64,000 bases of DNA, from NCBI GenBank assembly GCA_965198115.1, contig OZ240241.1:6880001-6944000 (forward strand), written 5' to 3'. This stretch comes from Candidatus Latescibacterota bacterium. GTDB taxonomy: Bacteria > Latescibacterota > UBA2968. The first letter of the stretch is position 1; each line of letters starts with the position of its first letter. Position numbers and translations under genes: made by a program. Below the pieces are notes generated by a model. It saw only the letters and a list, made by a program, of their open reading frames with translations. It made no database searches and was not told the DNA's origin. Of this stretch, positions 19,002 to 27,802 are shown piece by piece.

Positions 19002-19747
19002 TAGTTCCTCTTCTTCCATTCTTCGTATTCGGCTCTGGCCTCGTCGGTCAGGGGATAGTACTTGCGGAGGTCGCCGCCTGCGAGAAGACGCTCCCGACTG
19101 AAGACTTCCCATTCGGCGTGTTCACCGGCTTTTTCGGCGAGTTCGGGGGCAAGGGCGATGGGGACGACGACGGCGCCATCGTCGTCGGCGATGATGATGT
19201 CGCCAGGCATCACGAGGACGCCACCACAGCCGATCGGACAGTTCACGCCCGACGGCCAGATGTTCGTTTGCGTGTGGAAGTTGGGCGTGAAGCCGCGGGT
19301 CCACAGCGGGAGGTTCAGGGCTTTGACATTTGGGTAATCGCGAATGCAGCCGTCGACGATGACACCGGCTCCACCCCGGCCCTTGAAGTAGGTGAGCATC
19401 ATGTCGCCGAAGACGCCGCTGGTCATATCACTCCGCGCATCGACGACGACGATATCGCCGGGCTGAGCATGGTAGAGGGCGTGGCGATGGAGCTGGCGCT
19501 CGGGTCCTGAGTACTCGCCCGGCTTGTGGAGATCCTCGCGCTTCGGCAGGAATTGGAGAGTGATGGCCGGTCCGACGATGCTGGCGCCCGCGAGTCGGGG
19601 TAAGGGGCCGATCAGATGCGGGTTGCGCACGCCGAGTTTGGCGAGTTCACCGCTGGCCGTTGCGGCACCGATGTCTTGGAGCACTTCGATTAGCGCCCTG
19701 TCGGGTCGTTCGATGTCGGGTGTGACGATGGGAGGGAGGTCGGACAC
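19001..19747 (-). CDS. RraA/HMG-aldolase family protein
   Basis: GTG start after a GAGGAG RBS; GDIVVVDA, FGDMM, DGCIRD and PGDIIIADDDGAVVVP motifs. Confidence 0.85.
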   Translation of the reverse strand: MSDLPPIVTPDIERPDRALIEVLQDIGAATASGELAKLGVRNPHLIGPLPRLAGASIVGPAITLQFLPKREDLHKPGEYSGPERQLHRHALYHAQPGDIVVVDARSDMTSGVFGDMMLTYFKGRGGAGVIVDGCIRDYPNVKALNLPLWTRGFTPNFHTQTNIWPSGVNCPIGCGGVLVMPGDIIIADDDGAVVVPIALAPELAEKAGEHAEWEVFSRERLLAGGDLRKYYPLTDEARAEYEEWKKRN

Positions 19748-19939
19748 GGTGGCTCCTCGGTGGGTGGTGGATTCCGTTGTGGGCGTAAAGTAGCACATTG
19801 ACGAATTCGATTCCAACGTCTGGATTTCTGATGGCGAACCATCCTCCGCCGGGGCGTTTGCGGAGGTGTTGACAGTCATCCACAGCAGCGTACCGTAGAG
19901 ATCGATCATTTACGCAGGAAATTTTCTCGGAGGATTTGG

Positions 19940-21208
19940 ATGGCGAACGATCTGGCAATCGACGGGGGCCGCCCGGCCGTTCAGGCGGCCGTCAACGACG
20001 CGTGGGAGGACGTGACCGAGGTCGAACGATCCTTCGTGGACAGCGTGCTGAACGACATCGGCAACGCCTACGAGCAGAACGATCTGTTCGAAGCGGAGTT
20101 TCGTGCGTTCGTCGGAACAAAGCACGCGCTGGTTATGTGCAATGGTACGGCGATCATCCACGCTGCCATCTTCGCGTCGGGTGCACGGGCGGGAAAGGAA
20201 GTGATCGTGCCTTCGGTGACGTGGCACGCGTCGATTTCGCCGATCCTGCACTGCGGCGCGACGCCTGTGTTCTGCGACGCGGATCCGGAAACATACTGCA
20301 TCGACCCCAAGGACGCGGAGGCGAAGATCACCGATCGAACCTGCGCGATCGTGGCCACACACGTTTACGGGAATCCGGCGGATCTGGATGCGCTGGTGGA
20401 TCTGGTGGCTGGGACGGACATCGTGTTGATCGAGGATGCTTCGCACGCCCACGGCGCGCTCTGGTCGGGCAAGACGATCGGGTCCATCGGCCATATCGGG
20501 TGCTTCAGCCTGCAGAAGAGCAAGCCGATCAACGCGATCGAGGCGGGCGTGGCGACAACGGATAGCGATGATTTGTACGACAAGATGCTGGCGGTCGGTC
20601 AGTACGGGCGCTGCGGGAGTCTTTGGCAAACTGAGCGGTTCACGGCGCTCAAGGCGATGGGGCTAGGCGTCAAGTATCGAGCGAATCCGTTAGGGACAGC
20701 GCTGGCGCGGGCGGGTCTTCAACGCCTACCGGAGTTGAATTCGAAGCGTGCGTCGTGGTTCGAGCGAATGGATGCGAGTCTGGGTGCGATCGATGGCGTT
20801 TCCCACCAGCGCACCTACGAGCAAGCACGGCGTGGTGGGATGCTGCTCTACACTGGACGCGTCGATCCGGACGTGATCGGAGCGCCGGCGGATGCCGTCT
20901 TCGAGGCGCTCAGAGCCGAAGGGGTCCGGCTCAACAGTAAGACGCTCTACGGGGTGATGCACCTTCAACCTCTGTTCACGGATTTCCCGTTCGAAGGATT
21001 GGGCGGTCCCTGGGGTGACTCCACTTCGGACAATCGCGCGCCGGTCGTTCCGGGCACGCTGCCGGCGAGCGAGGCGATTCAGGACACCGGTTACTAGCTT
21101 TCCACGCCGGTCGATCCTGATCCGGAGTGGGTGGATCAGGTGGGAGAAGCGTTCAAGAAGGTGGCGACGCAGGGAGGCCGCGTGGCCGAATGGTTCCGGA
21201 ACCGCTGA
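19940..21208 (+). CDS. DegT/DnrJ/EryC1/StrS PLP aminotransferase with in-frame TAG at 21095-21097
   Basis: NGTA, EDASHAHGA and FSLQKSK motifs; the frame continues past TAG as LSTPVDPDPEWVDQVGEAFKKV... to TGA at 21208. Confidence 0.85.
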
Positions 21209-21249
21209 TTTCGACCATCGGATCACTTTCAGATGAGGGAGTTTACAGG

Positions 21250-22386
21250 GTGAAAGTCGCTAGCCAAACAGATGATGCGACGAGAGATTATGTTCGCGAG
21301 GGTGAACGAATCGCCTCTGGGCTCGGAAACCGGGGCCCGATCCGTTTCAATGACGACGGGACGTTGGGTAAGGATATTCTGGACGCCTACTGGCGATTCG
21401 GCTTTTACGTGTTCGAAGGGGTTTTGGGCGATGAAGAGCTCGACGACCTGAGGTCGGATCTGGAGGCCGCCTTCGAACGGGCACCGTATACGAAAGACGC
21501 GGAGGTCGATTCGAAGGGTAGGACGGCGCTCGGGTCCGATTTCGCGCGACCGACGTTTCGTTTTGTCAAACCCCTGAGCGACCCGATGGGCGGTACGTCG
21601 GCCAGCAACGGCCGCCACCCTGCTAAAATGTCCGAACCGGAGCCGCCGAGCGACGCGCCCGAATATATTATTTCCTCGATCGGGTCTCCGCTGCAGGTGA
21701 TGGATGCCGCCCTTCGATTGTATGGTCACCCGGATTTGCTTCGGATTGCGGAGCTGATCAACGGCCCCGATTTTACGCCGTTCACCGAGTCGATCATCGT
21801 GAAGCCTGAAGGGTTGGGTGCGTCTGTGGCGTGGCATCAAGACGGTACGACTCTGTGGGATCGACCCGAATGGGACGAAGGCACCCACGGGTTCAACTTT
21901 ATGGCTCAGCTCTACGGCAGCACGGCGGAAAATGGCGTGTGGGTGATTCCGGGGTCTCACAAAGAAGGCAAGATCGATATCAAGGCAAGGGTCGAAGCGA
22001 ACGGATCCGACCGGTTGCCTGGCGCGGTCCCAATGGTGTGCGATGCGGGCGATGTGGTGATGGCCAATCGCCAGACCCTTCACGGTTCGTTCGCCAACAC
22101 GTCACCCGACAAGCGTATGACGATCAACTTCGGATTCCATCGCCGGAGGTCCGTCTTCGGCGTTCGGAGGAAGGTGGGAGACGAGGAGGTCTTTTACGAT
22201 GAGGAACGGATCGTGGAACGATCTCGTCTGATCACCCTGGCCATCGACGCCCGTCACCAGCGGTTTCCGCACGAGACAAGCTTCACGTATCAGCCACTGG
22301 CGGGACAAGAAGACGCGAATCGCTGGAACGAAGAGACCAGGGAGTCGATCTTAAAGGACTATAACCTCCGAGATCTCGGTCTGTAG
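21250..22386 (+). CDS. Phytanoyl-CoA dioxygenase (PhyH) family Fe/2OG oxygenase
   Basis: WHQD, IPGSH and LHGSFAN..R motifs. Confidence 0.88.
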   Translation: MKVASQTDDATRDYVREGERIASGLGNRGPIRFNDDGTLGKDILDAYWRFGFYVFEGVLGDEELDDLRSDLEAAFERAPYTKDAEVDSKGRTALGSDFARPTFRFVKPLSDPMGGTSASNGRHPAKMSEPEPPSDAPEYIISSIGSPLQVMDAALRLYGHPDLLRIAELINGPDFTPFTESIIVKPEGLGASVAWHQDGTTLWDRPEWDEGTHGFNFMAQLYGSTAENGVWVIPGSHKEGKIDIKARVEANGSDRLPGAVPMVCDAGDVVMANRQTLHGSFANTSPDKRMTINFGFHRRRSVFGVRRKVGDEEVFYDEERIVERSRLITLAIDARHQRFPHETSFTYQPLAGQEDANRWNEETRESILKDYNLRDLGL

Positions 22387-22411
22387 TCAATCAGTTGTCA
22401 GCACTCAAATC

Positions 22412-22445
22412 GAAACGCCCGGGCATTTTCGCCTGGGCGTTTTGT
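22412..22445. terminator. Intrinsic terminator, probably bidirectional
   Basis: AAACGCCCGGGC-loop-GCCTGGGCGTTTT between convergent genes. Confidence 0.7.
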
Positions 22446-22479
22446 ATTGCGCTGCGGACGACTTCCGAGCGCGAATGCG

Positions 22480-22579
22480 TTGTCACCCCGGTACGCTTCC
22501 TGGCCGGGGTCCACTCCGGCTTCGCGTAACCGTTGGTCTGTGAAAATAGATCCCGGCCTGAAGATTACCGGGATGGCAA
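22480..22579. repeat. Inverted doublet of REP-like family B (REPIN-like)
   Basis: TTGTCACCCCGGTACGCTTCCTGGCCGGGGTCCA ... GATCCCGGCCTGAAGATTACCGGGATGGCAA; homologous to 4576-4610. Confidence 0.65.
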
Positions 22580-22582
22580 AGC

Positions 22583-23293
22583 TCACGCGCGTTCACAGAC
22601 CTCGCGATAGGTCCGTGGCAAAAGACCCTCGACCTTCTTGAACGTCGCGGTCAACTGGCGATAGTTGCGGAATCCACATTTGTCTGCGATGGTGTAGAGC
22701 GGATCGTCGCCGGTTTTGATGAGTTGCTTCGCCCGATTGACACGGTGTTCGGCCAGGCACCGCTTGAAGGTGGTGCCCAGATGATCCTTGAACAATTTGG
22801 AGACGTAGCGCGGTGAGATCTTGAAGTGGTCGCACAGGTGGTCGATGCAGAGCGTCTGGTCGAAGGCGTGGTCCTTGACGTAGGCTTCTAGCCGCTCGGC
22901 CAAGGTGTTCGATGTGGGATACCGTCCGTCGAGGAGCCGCCTGACGATAGTGAGCAGTTCTTCGAGTTTGAACGGCTTGCGGAGGAAATCTCGTGCCCCA
23001 CGGCGCATCGCGAGGACGGCCGATTCGACGGTGGCGTAGCCGGTGAGGATGATGATGTCCGTGTCGAGCCCGAGTTGCTGGACGGCCTTGAGGATGTTCA
23101 GGGCGTCCAGGCCGGGCATCCGCAAATCGAGTACGGCGACGTCGACATCACCCGGCTTGAGGGCTTCGAGGGCGTGCTCCCCGTCCTGGGCTGTGACGAT
23201 GTCCCACGGCTCTCTGGACAACCGCATCGAGAGGAACTCGAGCAACTCGAGCTCATCGTCGGCGATTAAGATCTTGGGTTTTTCCTGGCTCAT
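22583..23293 (-). CDS. Response regulator with AraC-type HTH
   Basis: ILIADDE, LDLRMPG and KPF receiver motifs; C-terminal IADKCGF...FKKVEG AraC motif. Confidence 0.88.
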   Translation of the reverse strand: MSQEKPKILIADDELELLEFLSMRLSREPWDIVTAQDGEHALEALKPGDVDVAVLDLRMPGLDALNILKAVQQLGLDTDIIILTGYATVESAVLAMRRGARDFLRKPFKLEELLTIVRRLLDGRYPTSNTLAERLEAYVKDHAFDQTLCIDHLCDHFKISPRYVSKLFKDHLGTTFKRCLAEHRVNRAKQLIKTGDDPLYTIADKCGFRNYRQLTATFKKVEGLLPRTYREVCERA

Positions 23294-23400
23294 TGTGCAG
23301 TGATAGGGCTTTAAGTCCTGAAAATTTAAGATATTGTACCTTGCCTTGGCGGACAAAGACAAAAGTATCTGGTTTCAGGGCATTTAGCAGCGTTTAAGCC

Positions 23401-24380
23401 CTACCGACGGGCAAACGCGTATTCCAGAGCCAGATGGATGACCGAAAGGTCGGCTGGTTTGGTGAAGAAATCGCGGGCGCCAGCATCGGTCGCCCGGCTG
23501 GCGAGGGTCTCGTCCCCGAGGGCGGTCAGGACGAATGGAATGGGGGGTGTGCGGACGTTCGCGATGCGCTCGAGCAGCTCCAGACCGCCGAGTCCAGGCA
23601 TCCTCAAATCGACGATGACGGCGTCGAATGTGCGCCGTGTGATGAGGTCGAGGGCGTCCAGACCGCCTGTGGCCGACTCCGTCTCGTAGCCGAGGTTGCG
23701 GAGGGCCAGAGCGAGGGTCTCGGCCACCGTCGGATCATCGTCGACGATGAGGACGGATTCCGACGGTTGTGTATCGGAGAGAAAGGGTTCGCGGGCGGCT
23801 CTGGCGACATCGTCGCCCAGGAGAAGGTCGATGCAGCCCTGAATGACGTGCAGGAGATCGGATGTCTTGAATGGTTTGGACAGGTAATAGGAGGCGCCCG
23901 ATTGAAGGATAGCTTCGTTCACCATTCCAGCCGTTCCGAATGCCGAGGCCAGGATCACACGCGTGCCTGGCGAGGCAGTCTTGATGCCACGCAGCACTTC
24001 GATTCCGGACACATACCTGCTGGGAGAAGACCTTCGCCGTCGGAGAGTTTGATGTCGACGACGGCGATGCTGACTGGATGCGAAGCGAGGTCGCCTAAAA
24101 TCTGCTCGCCCGTGGGATAGCATCGGATCGCCGATTCGGGGTAGCCCCAGCTGGTCAGTGTCTCGTGAATAATGGCGACGACGTCGGGGTCGTCTTCTAC
24201 GACGACGAGGCTGGGGGGATGGTAGGGGAAGTCGAAACGTGGAGGCGTGTGAAGCGGGCGTGGAGGGTCAGATCGCACATCCAGACGATCGAGCAGCACT
24301 TCGAGGTCTGCGTAGGAGGCTGGCGGCAGGTCTCGTTCGACGGCGTGTCGGTAACAGGCGAGGCTGAGTTCGTGCGACAC
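23401..24380 (-). CDS. Tandem two-receiver-domain response regulator (frameshift near 24023)
   Basis: ORF 23955-24380 (VVEDD...VDIKL) joins ORF 23401-24123 (SGIEVL...KPF, then second receiver IVDDD...DLRMPG...KP) if one base is added to a short run. Confidence 0.75.
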
Positions 24381-24510
24381 GAGTTCATCCCGTGCGAGTG
24401 GTGGAGCCCCCTGAAGAAGCTACCCAGCCCTGTTGCATTATGCAATCGGGATTCGGCCTGGTCACTCGCCCGCTGCCAACTCCGACGCACAGTTCGAGCG
24501 GATCGTCGGG

Positions 24511-26307
24511 TCAGCCGATTACGGCGAGGACGTCGCCCCCGGCGACTTGATCGCCCTCGGCGACCGGGATGGATTGGACGGTTCCCGCAAAGGGTGAGGT
24601 GATCTGCATTTCCATCTTCATCGCTTCCAGCACGAGCAGGACATCCCCCTCGTTGATGACCGCTCCCGGACTGGAGAGGATGTGAAGGACTCGGCCGGGC
24701 ATTTCGGCGCGTACGTCCTGGCCCGATCCACCGGAGGAAGAGCCCTGTTGCGATGGAGCGTCAGCGGCTTCGAGCGCGACGGCGTAACGACGACCGTCGA
24801 CCGTTGCCGAGTTGCCGTCGACGGTCAGAGCAAAGGTTCGTCCGTCGACGGTGACCGTGTAGCTCGCCGGGCCGCCGCTTGGCGTCGTTGGTTGTGTTTC
24901 CTTTTCGATCTTGCGAACACCGATTTCGCCCTCGCCTTTGAGGAAGGCGAGGCCTTTTTCTTTGCACGCTGCGGCGATGAAGATGTTTTCGTCGGATTCT
25001 TCGAGGTTGGCTTCACGAAGCTGGGCGCGAGCGGCTTCGACACCTTTGGCGGGATCCGCGTCGTTGCGTTCGAGGGGTGGTTGATCGGTCGGTTCGAGTT
25101 GGAGTTGCTCGGCCGCGATCTTCACGACTTCGGAATCGGGCGCTACCGGTGTCTTTCCGAAATAGCCCAGAACCATCTGCCCGTAGGGCTCGGCGATGCG
25201 CTCCCACGGACCGAACATCACATTGTTGAAGGCCTGCTGGAAGTAGAACTGGGAAACCGGGGTGACGGAGGTGCCAAAGCCACCCTTCCGAACGACCTCG
25301 CTCATCGATCGGATCATTTCGGGATACCGGTCCATAATGCCGTTGTCGCGCAGCATCTGCGTGTTGGCGGTGAGCGCACCGCCGGGCATTGGACTCCAGG
25401 GGATTAGGGGCTCGACGGCCGTGGCCTCGGGGGGGAGGAAGTAGTCGGCCATGCACTCTTTAAACACCTCTTCGGCCTCCCGGACCTTGTCGATGTCGAT
25501 GTCGATGTCGAGATCGTAGCCCGATCCGCGCAGGGCGTGCCACATCACAAGGATATCGGGCTGGCAGGTCCCACCCGAGCAGGGCGCGAGAGACAGGTCG
25601 ATGGCGTCGGCACCGGCGTCGAGGGCGGCGAGGTTGGCCTGAACGGAGATGCCCGCGGTTTCGTGCGTGTGGAAGTGAATGAAAGTGCCGTCGGGGAGGA
25701 TCTGGCGTGCGCGCTTGATGGACTCGTGGACCTTCGAGGGCACGGCCGTTCCCGAAGCATCTTTGAAACAGACCGAGTCGTAGGGTATGCCGGCGTCGAG
25801 GATGCCGCGGAGGGTCTTTTCGTAAAAGTCGGCGTCGTGTGCGCCCTCACAGCCCGGCGGGAGTTCCATCAGGGTGACACAGACCTGATGTTTGAGCCCC
25901 GCTTCGACGATGCACTGACCGCTGTAGATGAGGTTGTTGACGTCGTTGAGCGCGTCGAAGTTCCGTATGGTGGTGATGCCGTGCTTCTTGAAGAGCTGCG
26001 CGTGCAGCCGAACGATGTCGCTGGACTGCGATTCGAGACCGACGACGTTCACGCCACGTGCGAGGGTCTGGAGGTTCGCGTCTTCACCGACTTTCTCGCG
26101 GAAGGCGTCCATCATGTCGAAGGCGTCTTCGTCGCAGTAGAAGTAAAGAGACTGGAATCGAGCACCGCCACCGGCCTCGAAGTAGTCGATCCCGGCGTTT
26201 TGGGCCGCTTCGAGGGCAGGCAGGAAGTCGTTGGTGAACACGCGGGCGCCGTAAGCGGACTGGAAGCCATCACGGAAGGCGGTACACATAAAGGAGACTT
26301 TTTTCAC
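24511..26307 (-). CDS. oadA: Oxaloacetate decarboxylase alpha / pyruvate carboxylase subunit B (carboxyltransferase plus biotin carrier)
   Basis: FRDGFQS, FKDASG, HTH metal site, VTPVSQ and the biotinylation motif EAMKM. Confidence 0.88.
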   Translation of the reverse strand: MKKVSFMCTAFRDGFQSAYGARVFTNDFLPALEAAQNAGIDYFEAGGGARFQSLYFYCDEDAFDMMDAFREKVGEDANLQTLARGVNVVGLESQSSDIVRLHAQLFKKHGITTIRNFDALNDVNNLIYSGQCIVEAGLKHQVCVTLMELPPGCEGAHDADFYEKTLRGILDAGIPYDSVCFKDASGTAVPSKVHESIKRARQILPDGTFIHFHTHETAGISVQANLAALDAGADAIDLSLAPCSGGTCQPDILVMWHALRGSGYDLDIDIDIDKVREAEEVFKECMADYFLPPEATAVEPLIPWSPMPGGALTANTQMLRDNGIMDRYPEMIRSMSEVVRKGGFGTSVTPVSQFYFQQAFNNVMFGPWERIAEPYGQMVLGYFGKTPVAPDSEVVKIAAEQLQLEPTDQPPLERNDADPAKGVEAARAQLREANLEESDENIFIAAACKEKGLAFLKGEGEIGVRKIEKETQPTTPSGGPASYTVTVDGRTFALTVDGNSATVDGRRYAVALEAADAPSQQGSSSGGSGQDVRAEMPGRVLHILSSPGAVINEGDVLLVLEAMKMEMQITSPFAGTVQSIPVAEGDQVAGGDVLAVIG

Positions 26308-26332
26308 GGCTCGACTCTTGGATTGGGTGTGT

Positions 26333-27460
26333 TCACTTGACGAGTACGGACCAGAGGATGCCGGCTGCGATAGCCGACCCGATGACGCCGGCGACGTTGG
26401 GCGCCATCGCGTGCATCAGGAGATAGTTTTGAGGATCTTCGCGTTGCCCGATCATCTGTACGACACGGGCGGAATCCGGGACCGCCGACACGCCAGCCGC
26501 TCCGACGAGCGGATTGATCTTCTCTTTGAGGAACAGGTTCATGAATTTGGCGAAGAGCAATCCACCAGCCGTGGCGATGGCGAAGGATACGGCCCCGAGA
26601 CCGAAGATGAGCAACGACTGGGGTCGAAGAAACGTGTCGGCCTGCGTACTCGCGCCGACGCTGAAGCCAAGAAGAATCGTGACGATGTCGATGAGAGACT
26701 CACGGGCCGTTTCGGCGAGGCGGTCGGTCACGCCGCTTTCCTTCATCAAGTTCCCGAAGAAGAGCATTCCGAGAAGGGCGATGGAGCCGGGGGCGATGAG
26801 GGCTGCGATCAGGAAGGCGGCGATCGGGAAGATGATGCGCTCCCGCTTGCTCGTGGCACGCGGCTCCCTCATTCGGATGAGACGTTCCTCTTTAGTCGTG
26901 AGGAGCATCATTACCGGGGGCTGGATGACCGGCACGAGCGCCATGTAGGAATAGGCCGCGATGGCGATGGCCCCGAGGAGGTGCGGCGCCAGCTTGGCTG
27001 ACAGGAAAATGGCCGTCGGACCGTCGGCTCCGCCGATGATGCCGATGGCGGCGGCCTCTTCGGGTTCGAACCCGATGTAAAGAGCGCCGATCAGGGTGAG
27101 GAAGATGCCGATCTGGGCGGCGGCGCCGAGCAGGACAAGCTTGGGGTTCGACAGCATCGTCGAAAAGTCGGTCATGGCGCCGATGCCCAGGAAAATCAGG
27201 GGTGGAAAGATGCCCTGGCTCACGCCGAAGTAGATGTAGTTGAGCACGCTGCCCACGTCGTAAACACCGAGCGCCATACTCTTGATGTGGGGGATGTTGC
27301 CCACGATGACGCCGAATCCGATCGGAAGCAGGAGGAGGGGCTCGTAGTGCCGGGTAATGGCCAGGGTGATGAAGACGATGCCGATGACGATCATCACGAG
27401 GTTGCCGAGCGTCATCTGGGCAAACCCGGTCGTACCGAGAAAGTCGGTCAGCACGTTCAC
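26333..27460 (-). CDS. oadB: Na+-translocating decarboxylase beta subunit
   Basis: EPLLLLPIGFG, GAMTDF, IIGGADGPT, AYSYMAL and GVSAVP motifs. Confidence 0.95.
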   Translation of the reverse strand: MNVLTDFLGTTGFAQMTLGNLVMIVIGIVFITLAITRHYEPLLLLPIGFGVIVGNIPHIKSMALGVYDVGSVLNYIYFGVSQGIFPPLIFLGIGAMTDFSTMLSNPKLVLLGAAAQIGIFLTLIGALYIGFEPEEAAAIGIIGGADGPTAIFLSAKLAPHLLGAIAIAAYSYMALVPVIQPPVMMLLTTKEERLIRMREPRATSKRERIIFPIAAFLIAALIAPGSIALLGMLFFGNLMKESGVTDRLAETARESLIDIVTILLGFSVGASTQADTFLRPQSLLIFGLGAVSFAIATAGGLLFAKFMNLFLKEKINPLVGAAGVSAVPDSARVVQMIGQREDPQNYLLMHAMAPNVAGVIGSAIAAGILWSVLVK

Positions 27461-27741
27461 GACGAACCCCGTCCGGGCGCGGTTCCGCCCCTTTGGTGAA
27501 GGGCGATTCCGATGGCTGCGACGACGGCCGGATCGGCGGTGGTGTCACCGGCAGGAGCGGGGTCCGGAGGTTCGGGAAAGCGATGGCTGATCGCGGCGAG
27601 CGCCCTGGGGAGAACGGCAATGAAGCTGCTGATCAGAACGAGGGCGGAAAAAACAATGAGCATTCCAGTGATGGCAATGCTGATCCCCTGGCCGTCGACG
27701 ACATTTTGGAAGTTGTATTGGAGTTCCAACGACGCTCCCAC
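27457..27741 (-). CDS. oadG: Na+-translocating decarboxylase gamma subunit
   Basis: GMLIVF TM helix, Pro/Ala linker and VVAAI..ALH motif; overlaps oadB. Confidence 0.85.
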   Translation of the reverse strand: MGASLELQYNFQNVVDGQGISIAITGMLIVFSALVLISSFIAVLPRALAAISHRFPEPPDPAPAGDTTADPAVVAAIGIALHQRGGTAPGRGSS

Positions 27742-27802
27742 TCGAGCCCACAGCTGAAAACGAAGGGCCTAATTTACAGCCAGGCGGATCGACGGGCAAG
27801 TT

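Noticed and set aside
25489-25513. (GTCGAT)n hexamer repeat in oadA (DIDIDID)
   Set aside because: It is short and in frame; at most one extra unit in a linker, with no evident function.
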